NCBI GenBank assembly: GCA_037969155.1 | Contig: JBBKWW010000039.1 | Location: forward strand, 1 to 15,939 | Direction: 5' to 3' | Length of the DNA stretch: 15,939 nt | From: Moraxellaceae bacterium | GTDB lineage: Bacteria; Pseudomonadota; Gammaproteobacteria; Pseudomonadales; Moraxellaceae | Shown here: piece after piece, positions 1-9,200 of the stretch | Position numbering within the stretch: position 1 is the first letter of the stretch | How the letters are laid out: each line of letters starts with the position of its first letter | Notes under the pieces: model-generated | Database searches by the model: none | Told to the model about the DNA's origin: nothing | Seen by the model: the letters and a program-made list of their open reading frames with translations, nothing else | Translations under genes and position numbers: made by a program

Positions 1-104
1 CTGCCAAAAGGCAACCAAACCACTGACGCAATTGTTGACAATTTCAATCTACTCGTCCGTTGCAGTTTAGTAAATCAAAATCCAGATAAAAAGAGTGTAA
101 TCCC

Positions 105-761
105 TTGAATAGAAACCTGAAACAACGCATCTTTAACCCTATGCCTAACTCCTGTGTATCTGCATATTTGATGCAGAACACCGCTAAAAAAACCGTAAAG
201 GAGCGGCAACAAGAAATTGTTAAGCACCGTTTATCTTTACGGTATCAGGGCGCTTTTAGCCTGATTGAGCTGCTCATCACGGTTTCATTGATGGCTATTT
301 TGGCCGCTTTCGCAGCGCCATCCATCGAGCAAATGCTGCAACGCTATGAGCGCCTTAAGGTCGAGCGAATCACGCAACAGCTATTACAAGAAGGACGTAA
401 TACGGCATTTTCGTTACGACAACGCATCATTATTTGTGGCAGTCGTGAGGCTGGTCCATGTAATGCTGCTGAGTGGAAGTCTGGCATGCTGATGTTCCAC
501 GATGTCAACCTCGACAATCGATTCACCCCTGAAATTGATACGCTGTTACGGTTTGAACCGCTCAATCTGAAGTACGGCACGTGGCAATGGATTGGTGGGG
601 CTAACTTTAGTACCTTTGTGCGATTTGAGCACACGTCTGGAATGCCACATGCCAGCTTTGGTAGTTTTCACTATTGCGATTTTGAACAAAAGGATCTCTT
701 CAGATTGGTGATGCGTAATACGGGTGTCTTGCGAAAAGACAACAAAGACGTACGCTGCTAA
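105..761 (+). CDS. Type IV pilin-like minor pilin of the FimT/GspH family. The N-terminus has a prepilin-type hydrophobic segment, so the true start may be 105 (TTG), 141 or 171.
   Basis: The translation contains QGAFSLIELLITVSLMAILAAFAAPS, a class III signal / N-methylation-like motif with Glu in the hydrophobic stretch. The size (about 196-218 aa) and the Cys pair near the C-terminus are typical of FimT/GspH minor pseudopilins. A weak AAGAG sits about 13 nt upstream of the TTG at 105. The long uninterrupted ORF is in one frame. Confidence 0.6.
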   Translation: MNRNLKQRIFNPMPNSCVSAYLMQNTAKKTVKERQQEIVKHRLSLRYQGAFSLIELLITVSLMAILAAFAAPSIEQMLQRYERLKVERITQQLLQEGRNTAFSLRQRIIICGSREAGPCNAAEWKSGMLMFHDVNLDNRFTPEIDTLLRFEPLNLKYGTWQWIGGANFSTFVRFEHTSGMPHASFGSFHYCDFEQKDLFRLVMRNTGVLRKDNKDVRC

Positions 762-793
762 ACTCGGTATCATGCCAATGGCATTGGGGGTTG

Positions 794-821
794 TTGTCCC
801 TTTCATCTCATGTTGTATATG
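794..821 (+). promoter_or_regulatory. Putative sigma70-like promoter for the thiolase gene: TTGTCC, 16 nt spacer, TATATG with TG immediately upstream. An AAGGAA Shine-Dalgarno lies at 831-836.
   Basis: Hexamers and spacing were read directly from the sequence. No other support. Confidence 0.25.
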
Positions 822-843
822 TCATTTTTTAAGGAATTAATTC

Positions 844-2022
844 ATGACCGAATCTGTCGTTATCGTCAATGGTGCACGCACCGCAATGGGTGGTTTTCAA
901 GGCTCATTGGCCGCTGTCAGCGCACCTGAGCTGGGTGCAACTGTCATTAAAGAAGCGGTGAGCCGTGCAGGTCTTGCCCCAACTGACGTGCAAGAAGTCA
1001 TTATGGGCTGCGTCTTACCTGCTGGCCTAAAGCAAGGCCCTGCCCGTCAAGCCATGCGTCAAGCAGGTCTGCCAGACAGCACCAGCGCGGTCACTATTAA
1101 CAAGCTGTGTGGCTCTGGCATGAAGGCGGTGATGCAAGCCACCGACATGCTCAAAGCTGAAAGCGCCGATATTGTGGTGGCAGGTGGCATGGAATCGATG
1201 ACCAACGCACCGTACCTGTTACCCAAAGCCCGTGGCGGCTTCCGCATGGGTCATGGCGAAATCAAAGATCATATGTTCTTAGATGGTCTAGAAGATGCTG
1301 AGACCGGTCGTCTGATGGGCTCATTTGCACAGGACATGGCCAATACTAAGGGCTATACCCGTGAGCAAATGGATGATTTCGCGATTCGCTCACTCAAGCG
1401 GGCGCAAACTGCGATTAACAATGGTTGGTTTAAAGACGAAATTACGCCAGTGGTGGTCAAAGGTCGTGGTGGCGATGTTTCCGTCGAGGTAGACGAACAA
1501 CCAGCCAATGCCAAGCTGGACAAGATCCCTACCCTGCGTCCAGCTTTTGCCAAAGACGGTACCATTACTGCCGCCAACGCCAGCTCGATCTCAGACGGTG
1601 CTTCCGCCTTGGTCTTGATGCGCGAATCGACTGCAACAGCTAAAGGCTTAGCGCCATTGGCTCGCATCGTGGCGACTGCTAGCAATAGCCAACACCCCAG
1701 CGAGTTCACCATTGCACCTGTTGGGGCAATCCAGAAAATTTTGAATCAAACTGGCTGGACTGCTGAATCAGTCGATTTGTGGGAAATCAACGAAGCGTTT
1801 GCGATGGTAACGATGGCTGCCATCGACAAGTACAGCTTGGATGACGAAAAAGTCAACATTCATGGCGGTGCCTGTGCGCTTGGCCATCCCGTTGGTTCGA
1901 CTGGCTCGCGGATTATCTTGTCGCTGATCCACGCGCTTAAACGCACCGGTGGCAAAAAAGGCATTGCCGCGCTGTGTATCGGCGGCGGTGAAGCCACTGC
2001 GGTCGCGATTGAACTGATCTAA
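844..2022 (+). CDS. Acetyl-CoA C-acetyltransferase (thiolase II, AtoB/PhaA/YqeF-like).
   Basis: 392 aa. The N-terminal VIVNGARTAMGGFQG, the active-site region NKLCGSGMKAV (nucleophilic Cys) and the C-terminal GGACALGHPVGSTGSRI...ALCIGGGEATAVAIE (catalytic His/Cys) are hallmark thiolase motifs. ATG start with AAGGAA Shine-Dalgarno. Confidence 0.9.
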   Translation: MTESVVIVNGARTAMGGFQGSLAAVSAPELGATVIKEAVSRAGLAPTDVQEVIMGCVLPAGLKQGPARQAMRQAGLPDSTSAVTINKLCGSGMKAVMQATDMLKAESADIVVAGGMESMTNAPYLLPKARGGFRMGHGEIKDHMFLDGLEDAETGRLMGSFAQDMANTKGYTREQMDDFAIRSLKRAQTAINNGWFKDEITPVVVKGRGGDVSVEVDEQPANAKLDKIPTLRPAFAKDGTITAANASSISDGASALVLMRESTATAKGLAPLARIVATASNSQHPSEFTIAPVGAIQKILNQTGWTAESVDLWEINEAFAMVTMAAIDKYSLDDEKVNIHGGACALGHPVGSTGSRIILSLIHALKRTGGKKGIAALCIGGGEATAVAIELI

Positions 2023-2037
2023 GGTTGGTGTGCCACA

Positions 2038-2068
2038 CAAAACGGGACGTTATGTCCCGTTTTCTTTA
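2038..2068 (+). terminator. Rho-independent terminator after the thiolase gene: AAACGGGAC / GTTAT / GTCCCGTTT stem-loop followed by TTCTTT.
   Basis: A perfect 9-bp GC-containing stem, a 5-nt loop and a T-rich tail sit 16 nt after the stop codon. Confidence 0.6.
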
Positions 2069-2168
2069 GTGCTCAAGCATTGGAAAACCTTTAATCGTCT
2101 CAATGAACCCAAATCCACGCTCATCATTCCATTCCGCCAAGCGACCTTTAGTTTTGACCATCAATGAT

Positions 2169-2936
2169 CTATCCCACACTCAGCTTCTTTAATACTTCCG
2201 CCACAGCAACCAACCCCATACTCGCCGTCATCACCGTCGCCGAACCATAACCGCCACACTGCAAGCCGCCCGTCGTACAAGTCTCCGGCTGATATGGCTG
2301 CTCAATCGAATAGACACAAGTCACGCCAAATTTTTCTTTCGGTTTTTTACACATATTGTAATCCTGCCGCAGTGTGCGGCGGATTTTTGCCAGCATTGGA
2401 TCATATTCAGTCTTGGATAAATCGGCGACCCGAATACTGAGTGGATCAGTCTTGCCACCGGCACTGCCCGACACCACCAGCGGGATTTTATGCCACCGAC
2501 AATATAAAATCAGTGCAGTCTTGGCTTTGACATCATCAATACAGTCGAGAACCACATCAGGTGCTGTCGCCAACAGTTGCGCCACATTATCCACTGTCAA
2601 AAAATCATCGATGATATTCAGCTTAATGCGGGGGTTAATGCCACGAATCCGCTCGGCCATCGCTTGGGTTTTTTCCAGACCCAACGTATCGGTTAAGGCG
2701 GGCAACTGTCGATTGATATTCGAAGCCACCAAAATATCCATATCCACCAAGGTTATTTCAGCAATCGCTGTGCGTGCTAGTGCCTCCGCTGCCCAACTGC
2801 CGACCCCACCGATACCAATCACCATCACATGCGCTTGCTCAAAATCCGTTAAGCGTGCTGTACCATACACACGCTCAATCCCTGCAAAACGACGTGTATA
2901 CTCATCACTGCTTGGCGCTAGGTCAGCTGATGTCAT
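2169..2936 (-). CDS. tcdA: tRNA threonylcarbamoyladenosine (t6A) dehydratase TcdA/CsdL. ThiF/MoeB E1-like family.
   Basis: 255 aa. VMVIGIGGVGSWAAEALARTAIAEITLVDMD (Rossmann GxGxxG), NINRQLPAL, MAERIRGINP, IPLVVSGSAGGKTDP and the C-terminal GGYGSATVMTASMGLVAVAEVLKKL match my recollection of E. coli TcdA essentially block for block. Confidence 0.85.
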   Translation of the reverse strand: MTSADLAPSSDEYTRRFAGIERVYGTARLTDFEQAHVMVIGIGGVGSWAAEALARTAIAEITLVDMDILVASNINRQLPALTDTLGLEKTQAMAERIRGINPRIKLNIIDDFLTVDNVAQLLATAPDVVLDCIDDVKAKTALILYCRWHKIPLVVSGSAGGKTDPLSIRVADLSKTEYDPMLAKIRRTLRQDYNMCKKPKEKFGVTCVYSIEQPYQPETCTTGGLQCGGYGSATVMTASMGLVAVAEVLKKLSVG

Positions 2937-2955
2937 GGCGATTCCAAAGTAAAGT

Positions 2956-2970
2956 TAGCAAGGCTTGCTA
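2956..2970. promoter_or_regulatory. Perfect 15-bp palindrome TAGCAAGGCTTGCTA about 20 bp upstream of the tcdA start codon. Candidate operator.
   Basis: Self-complementary around a central G. It lies in the tcdA / yqiJ-like divergent intergenic region. Confidence 0.2.
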
Positions 2971-3246
2971 TTGTGCCAAAATAGTCGAATCCCATGCAGT
3001 CTTTCACGCAAAAGACCGCGAATAACTTGCTAAACCCAGCAAAAATACTTTATAAATTAACCGTTGCAAAAAACAGACAAAGCCAGACAAAAAGCAGCTT
3101 GACTACGCTATAGTGGTGTACAAGATTTTATTCGGCATGCCTGTATGGCTGATGCGGTATCTCGCGATACAATCCACTGATTGAACAGGATGCCTGAACA
3201 ATATCAGCCAACGCATCCATATACCGTCAAAGCTGAGGAGCATAAC

Positions 3247-3885
3247 ATGACTATTTTTCTCGCTAACATCCTCGCCTTTCCAACCATTATTTTTTCGATA
3301 TTACTCAGTGTTGCTGTGCTGTACTGGCTGATTTCGCTCACTGGTCTACTCGGATCAGATCTGGATCTGGATACCGGCGATGGTTGGTTAGATTTTGGGG
3401 GGCTGATGACCACTTTAGGACTCAAAGGCGTCCCCCTGCCGCTGCTCTTAACGCTGGTATTGCTGTGGGCTTGGCTGACCACCTATTCGGTGCAAGTGCT
3501 CTTCGCAACGTGGCTGACGGGCGTAATCGGGATTGTGGTCAGTTGTGTCTTGATTCCTGTTGCACTACTGCTCGGGCTGGTGCTGAGTGCTTTACTGGTG
3601 CGGCCATTTCACTCACTACTCGACGAATCGCAACAGCCGACCCAGACCCGCATTCTCGGCTGTGTCTGTAATGTGACTTCACCGACGGTGGATCAGCACA
3701 ATGGGCGTGCTGAAGCGCATTTAGATGGCGCACATTTGATCTTACAAATCCGCAGCAGTACACCACTGACTCGCGGTAGCCGAGCGGTCTTTATCGAATA
3801 TATTGCCGAAAAAAACCTGTATTGGGTTGTGCCTGAAGCCGAATTTCTGGCAGGATCAATCCAGAAAATCTCAATGAAAGATTAA
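3247..3885 (+). CDS. yqiJ: YqiJ/NfeD-like inner-membrane protein (DUF1449-like): N-terminal transmembrane helices plus a C-terminal OB-fold beta domain. Partner of the downstream flotillin.
   Basis: There are at least three hydrophobic helices (FLANILAFPTIIFSILLSVAVLYWLI, VPLPLLLTLVLLWAWL, IGIVVSCVLIPVALLLGLVLSALLV). These are followed by a soluble ~90-aa C-terminal domain (ILGCVCNVTSP...GAHLILQIRS...AVFIEY) of NfeD type. It sits immediately upstream of an SPFH/flotillin gene, as in E. coli yqiJK. The start was chosen at the ATG with GAGGAG 7 nt upstream; the ORF is open from the TTG at 3181. Confidence 0.55.
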   Translation: MTIFLANILAFPTIIFSILLSVAVLYWLISLTGLLGSDLDLDTGDGWLDFGGLMTTLGLKGVPLPLLLTLVLLWAWLTTYSVQVLFATWLTGVIGIVVSCVLIPVALLLGLVLSALLVRPFHSLLDESQQPTQTRILGCVCNVTSPTVDQHNGRAEAHLDGAHLILQIRSSTPLTRGSRAVFIEYIAEKNLYWVVPEAEFLAGSIQKISMKD

Positions 3886-3953
3886 TAGGGCATTGAGGAT
3901 GCTCACAACTGTGATTATTCCTCACTCATAGTACAGCTTAGGAGAGCGAACAC

Positions 3954-6119
3954 ATGACACATTGGTTCATCTTGGCGATCAGCGCAATTGCGGTGATTTT
4001 GATCGTCTTATTGGGCATGCTACTGCTGATTAAGATTTTTTATCGCAAAATTGACCAAGGCCAAGCCTTGATTAAAAATGACACGTCCAGCACCCCGAAA
4101 GTCTACTTTACTGGTGCGATGATTCTGCCCGTAATTCATCGGGCTGAGATCATGAAAATCTCAGTGATCACCCTCGAAATTAATCGAATGGGCAAAGAAG
4201 GCCTGATCTGCCGCGACAATTTACGCGCTGATATTAGCGTGGCATTTTATCTGCGGGTTAATGAAACCGCTGATGATGTGCTGCGCGTGGCCAAATCAGT
4301 TGGCGTGACGCGTGCCTCTGATCGGGATGCGGTCAGTGAGTTATTTAACTCTAAATTCAGTGAAGCCCTGAAAACGGTCGGTAAAAAACTCGAATTTATG
4401 CAGCTGTTTGAGGAGCGTCAGGCATTTCGGGATGCGATTGTCGCCACCATTGGGCAAGATCTGAATGGCTATGTGCTTGAAGATGTCGCCATCGACTACT
4501 TAGAGCAGACCCCAAAAAGCTCACTCGATCCGAATAACATCCTCGACTCTGAAGGGATTCGGCGGATTACTGAAATTACCGCCAAACACAATATCGAAAC
4601 CAACCGCTTAGAGCGTGATCAGGCACTAGAAATTCAGCGCAAAAACGTCTCTGCACGTGAAGCGGGTCTGGAGCTTGAACGCAGCCAAACCGATGCAGAA
4701 GCACGACAACGCCGCGAAATTGACACCTTAAAAGCGCGTGAAACCTCAGCCACCGAGCAAGTGCAGCAAGAAGAACGCGGCAAAATCGAAGCAGCACGCA
4801 TCAAGACGGAAGAAGACGTCGCGATTGCCGAAGAAAATAAACAACGCCAAATCGAACTGGCTGGCAAAGCCCGCGAGCGAGCGATTCAGATTGAAGACGT
4901 GCGTATCCGCCAAGCCCGCGAACTCGAAGACGTCAATCGTCAACGTGCGGTCGAAGTCGAACGCATTAACATGGAAAAAGAGCTGGAAGGTGAGCGCAAA
5001 GAAATTGCGGAAATCACCAGTCAGCGTATCGCAGTCGAACGCGGGGTCGCTGAAGAAGAAGAGAACATCAAAGATGTGCGTAACCGTTCGGATGCTGAGC
5101 GTAAAAAACTGGTTGCGATTACTGCGGCACAAGCGACGGCTGAAGAACACAAAATCAAACAAGTCAAAGCAGCTGAAGCACAGTTTGAGCAGTCAAAGTT
5201 TGAAGCGGATGAAGTGTTGGTACGTGCTCAGGCTGAATTCGATGCCGCCGAGAAAAAAGCCGCCGCTGAGAAAAAACAAGCCGAAGGCCAACAAGCGCTG
5301 GCTGCTGCAAATGGCCTAGCCGCTGCGCAAGTGCAAGAAGCCAACGCCAACGCCGAAAAAGCCGCGGGCTTGGCACAAGCCGACGTCAAGCTGGCCATGG
5401 CCAAAGCACAAGAAGAAACCGGTATGGCCGATGTGCGGGTACTCAACAATCGCCTGCAAGTCGAGGCTGACGGGCAAGAAAAACTTGGCTCTGCTAAGGC
5501 TAAAGCACGCGAAGCGATGGCCTTGGCGGATAAAGAAGCGGGGCTGGCAGAAGCACAAGTGTTGCAACAACGCCTACTCGCAGAAGCTGACGGAGAAGAA
5601 AAACTTGGCGTTGCTAAAGCTAAAGCTCGCGAAGCGATGGCGGCTGCGGATAAAGAAGCGGGACTGGCAGAAGCCTTAGTGATGGAAAAACGGCTGTTTG
5701 CTGAAGCAGATGGTGAGGAACGCTTGGGACTGGCGAAAGCCAAAACCCGCGAAGCCCTGCTAGTCGCTGATGCCAATGGCCTACTGGCCAAACTGAAAAC
5801 CTACGAAGATCTATCAGCAGATGCACGTTCGTTTGAAGAATTCCGGATGGGCTTAGAGTTGCAAGAGAAACAAATCTTGGGACAACTAGAAGCACAACAG
5901 GTGATTGCACAAGAAAATGCCAAAGTGATGGCGGCGGCATTGCAAAATGCTAAGTTTGAATTGATCGGTGGCGATGCCAGCATCTTCGAAAAATTCACTA
6001 CTGGCATGAGTTATGGCAAAGCAGTAGAAGGGGCGCTGTCTAAGTCGCCACAACTACAAGCCACTTTAGCCGCGATTGCTAGTCGGGTGGCACAGTCTTC
6101 AACCGACTCAGCAAGCTAA
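3954..6119 (+). CDS. yqiK: Flotillin-like SPFH/band-7 protein (YqiK/FloT-like) with a long Glu/Ala-rich coiled-coil C-terminal region.
   Basis: 721 aa. It has an N-terminal TM helix (WFILAISAIAVILIVLLGMLLLI). The SPFH core follows (KVYFTGAMILPVIHRAEIMKISVITLEINRMGKEGLICRDNLRADISVAFYLRV...). After that comes about 450 aa of heptad-like E/A/K/R-rich sequence. AGGAGA Shine-Dalgarno before the ATG. Confidence 0.85.
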   Translation: MTHWFILAISAIAVILIVLLGMLLLIKIFYRKIDQGQALIKNDTSSTPKVYFTGAMILPVIHRAEIMKISVITLEINRMGKEGLICRDNLRADISVAFYLRVNETADDVLRVAKSVGVTRASDRDAVSELFNSKFSEALKTVGKKLEFMQLFEERQAFRDAIVATIGQDLNGYVLEDVAIDYLEQTPKSSLDPNNILDSEGIRRITEITAKHNIETNRLERDQALEIQRKNVSAREAGLELERSQTDAEARQRREIDTLKARETSATEQVQQEERGKIEAARIKTEEDVAIAEENKQRQIELAGKARERAIQIEDVRIRQARELEDVNRQRAVEVERINMEKELEGERKEIAEITSQRIAVERGVAEEEENIKDVRNRSDAERKKLVAITAAQATAEEHKIKQVKAAEAQFEQSKFEADEVLVRAQAEFDAAEKKAAAEKKQAEGQQALAAANGLAAAQVQEANANAEKAAGLAQADVKLAMAKAQEETGMADVRVLNNRLQVEADGQEKLGSAKAKAREAMALADKEAGLAEAQVLQQRLLAEADGEEKLGVAKAKAREAMAAADKEAGLAEALVMEKRLFAEADGEERLGLAKAKTREALLVADANGLLAKLKTYEDLSADARSFEEFRMGLELQEKQILGQLEAQQVIAQENAKVMAAALQNAKFELIGGDASIFEKFTTGMSYGKAVEGALSKSPQLQATLAAIASRVAQSSTDSAS
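5439..5798 (+). repeat. Three in-frame tandem copies of a 120-nt (40-aa) unit inside the flotillin coiled-coil. A degenerate fourth copy lies upstream.
   Basis: The three units align residue for residue: VLNNRLQVEADGQEKLGSAKAKAREAMALADKEAGLAEAQ, VLQQRLLAEADGEEKLGVAKAKAREAMAAADKEAGLAEAL and VMEKRLFAEADGEERLGLAKAKTREALLVADANGLLAKL. The underlying DNA units are at 5439-5558, 5559-5678 and 5679-5798. The repeat also generates spurious ORFs in other frames (4738..5319, 5431..5679, 5228..5791 minus). Confidence 0.8.
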
Positions 6120-6151
6120 TCTGGCCTCGTGTAGCATGCTGAATCAGCACA

Positions 6152-6179
6152 CATCAAGGGCAGATTTCTGCCCTTGATG
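6152..6179 (+). terminator. Strong hairpin (12-bp perfect stem CATCAAGGGCAG / loop ATTT / CTGCCCTTGATG) between the flotillin gene and the giant ORF, with no U-tract. Attenuator, processing site or weak terminator.
   Basis: Inverted repeat seen directly. It is followed by CCGATTGCAGC, which is not T-rich. Confidence 0.4.
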
Positions 6180-6231
6180 CCGATTGCAGCACAAAACGCC
6201 AGAGACACCGCCACACTGATGGAACGCTCAT

Positions 6232-9200
6232 ATGTCAACAGATCATAACCAACTTGAACAGATCGTCCGTGAAGGCTCTGCCTTTGACACCATTCAACGC
6301 CGTTTGCAGACACAAGGCGAGCAATTACGCCACTCGATTAACGACCTAAACACCGAACGCACCGAGACTTTTGGCAGTGCCAACATGGCGATTTTGGGTC
6401 GCTCACGGGTGCGCACCGAACAAAATGGCGTCGCACGTGACGTGGTGCAGCTGGGCACACACCTGTTATTTGGCTTTAATCTCCAGCTGGGGCTGCGTAA
6501 AAATCTCAATGCCGATGATATTTTTGTGTTGTATCAACTCGACGACGCCAACGGTGAGTTTGAACTGACCGCACACAGCAATGCAGGCACGTTTTTGCAT
6601 GACCCAGTATTTTTGCGCGATTTTAATGAACTCCAACAATATTATAGCAATGCATTCTTAAGCCAACTGGTCTGCATGAGTGGCATGCTGCTTGCCGTAT
6701 TTCAGATCGGCGAAAAAGTCACGGATGTGCGGGTGTTTCGCTGGGAACTGTATCCGAATGGCAGCGTCAATCGCTATATCGATAATCGTGGCGAACGCGA
6801 GCTAAAATTTCCAGATCGGTTTGGCTTTAAATGGATCACGGCCACCCGCGAAATGCAGGTACAAGGCCGTCAGCCACACTTGAACATTTTAGATACGATT
6901 TTTGTCGATAATTTGCGCGGTGATATCACGTTTAAAATCGAAAACAACACGGCAACGGGTCAAGGTATTTTTGCTGATCCAGTCGATATCGACTCGCAGT
7001 CACTCGATGATGGCAGCTTTGAATATGCGGATTTGGGCGCATTAATTTTAGTGCGTATTTTACCCTTTACCGAAAAAACATGGCGTTACTACATTTTTAA
7101 CCGTGATTTACAAACTGTACGGCGAGTCGATGAGCTGGCCGGTTCAGTGGTTGCGCTACCCGAAAATCATGGGGTGATTTTTCCAGCAGGCTTTTATCTC
7201 AATAGCGGTGAGCTAAAGACATATGAGATTGCTGCCGAGGATTTTCGGTTTTTACGCAGCATTCGCGCACCGAATGGCGAAGATGTGCTGTTTATCTTTT
7301 TTGCACAAAAAACAGGGCATGTTCTGCTCTATCGTTATAATTTAATTAATAAAAGCACTGACACTCCACTGATCGGACATGGCTATGCGCTGCACAGCAG
7401 TGGCCGACTGGTGATCTTTCATGCCGAAGGTGAGCCGACGTTGGTGCATCCGCTACAACTGTGGCAAACGCCATTTATGACGGATACGGTACATGCTGAA
7501 CAGCAACAATCCAATGACAGCGTACTGGGCAAAATCGGCAATCCTGAACTGGTTCGCGGTATTGCAGAGCTGAACAGCATCACCAAACTGATTGAACAGC
7601 CGACTGCTTCTGAGCGGCATTTCAATAGTTTGATTCGACAAATTGACCGCACATTGGATCAGTATTTTTGGCTGAGCGAAGTGCATTTTGAAGCATTTAA
7701 TCAACAGCTGGTGGCCGCGCGTGGCACAGCGGAACTGATGATTGATGAGTACGAAAAGGTGCAAGCGATTCGGCAACAGTCCAATCAGGCGATTGAGCAA
7801 ACCGCACAACAACAAGCACAACTGCTGCGCGACCTAAAGCCCAAACAATGGAACGCGCCAGATCAGTTTGTGGGTTACCTGAAAAAACTACGCGATCATC
7901 ACGGCCAACTGATGAGCCTAAAGGATCGGCGTTATATTGATACGACTCGCCTTGAGCAACTGCAACAGGCGCTCAAAACCGCGCAAGATCAGCTGACCGT
8001 GCAGACGTTTGATTTTTTGGCATCTGAAGCGGCACTCCAAGGCTATCGCAATACGCTATCCGAACTGGCCAGCCAAGTCACTACCGCGCAAACCCGTGAT
8101 GCACTGAGCACACTGGTGGCGCAATATCGTGAACTGACGCTTGGGCTCGATATGATCCAAAGCATGTTGGCCTCGATGAGTGGCGATAACACCACACAAC
8201 AGACTCAGATCGCCGAAAACATCTCCAGTATCTATGCCACGATCAATCAGCAACGCGCCGAAGCCGAAATCCGGCTGCGCGAACAAGGCAGTGCCGAGGC
8301 ACGGGCGCAGTTTACCGCAAGGATTCGACTGTATGAACAAAGCCTTGCCAATGGCATCGGCACGCTCAGCGCCCCCGATGATTGCGATGGCTTACTGGCT
8401 CGTATGCTGGATCAACTGCAAGAACTCGAAAGCCAATTTAGCGAGTTTGATGATTTTTTACTGTTGATCTTAGAGCAACGCGACAGCACGCAAGACAGTA
8501 TCGAAGCACGACGCTTACAGCTACAAGAACAACGACAACGCCGTATCAACACCTTAAGCGACGCGAATAGCCGCATTCTGATCAATATCAAACAACGCAG
8601 CGAACGCTTTGCCGAACTGGCCGAATTGCATGCGTTTTTTGCCGGTGATGCGATGGTGGCCAAAGTGCGCCAAATGGCACAGCAACTGCGCGACATCGGC
8701 GCAAGTCTGGAGGCCGATACCGCCGAAGGCCAATTGCGTGCTGCGCAAGATGCGGCGATGCGCAGCGTGCGTGATCGTGCCGATATTTTTGAGGATGGCG
8801 GCAATCTGATTCGGCTAGGTCGGCATCGCTTTAGTGTCAATCAGCAACAACTGGATCTGACCTTAATTCCGCGCGATGGCAAGCTGATGCTGCACCTGAC
8901 GGGCACGCAGTTTTATGAACCGCTGGAGGATCCACGACTCGCCGTATTGCAGCAGTATTGGAACATTCAAACACCATCTGAATCCGAACAGGTCTATCGT
9001 GCCGAGTATTTGGCCTATCTGATCCTGCAACAACTGAGTAGTCGCCCACAATTGCCGTTTAATCTGGCGGATCAAGCCGCGCTGACCGACTATATTCGGC
9101 AGTTTGCCTCACCACGCTATCGAGAAGGCTACGAAAAAGGCATTCATGATGTCGATGCTGCCAAAATCGTCAGTGCGCTGTGGACCGCACAACAACAGGC

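Noticed and set aside
775-787. CCAATGGCATTGG palindrome just after the pilin gene stop; considered as a terminator.
   Set aside because: A 6-bp stem with a 1-nt loop cannot form a stable RNA hairpin and no T-tract follows. It may be a DNA-level site but I have no support.
2999-3016. GTCTTT-cacgca-AAAGAC short inverted repeat.
   Set aside because: Only a 6-bp A/T-rich stem, too weak to call a terminator or operator.
2374-3025. ORFs 2374..2952 (+) and 2774..3025 (+) antisense to or overlapping tcdA.
   Set aside because: They are fully embedded in the strongly supported tcdA frame on the opposite strand, with no Shine-Dalgarno and a Ser/Ala/Pro-biased composition typical of antisense frames.
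3099-3114. TTGACT … TATAGT pair that looks like a -35/-10 promoter.
   Set aside because: The spacer between the hexamers is only 4 bp, so they cannot function together as a sigma70 promoter. I could not place a convincing promoter for yqiJ by eye.
4738-5319. 193-aa Lys-rich ORF on the + strand (and 5431..5679 +, 5228..5791 -, 4746..5162 -) overlapping the flotillin gene.
   Set aside because: These are alternate-frame and antisense readings of the repetitive GAA/GCN-rich coiled-coil DNA. The low-complexity K- or A/S-rich products mirror the real E/A-rich frame, and they have no Shine-Dalgarno.
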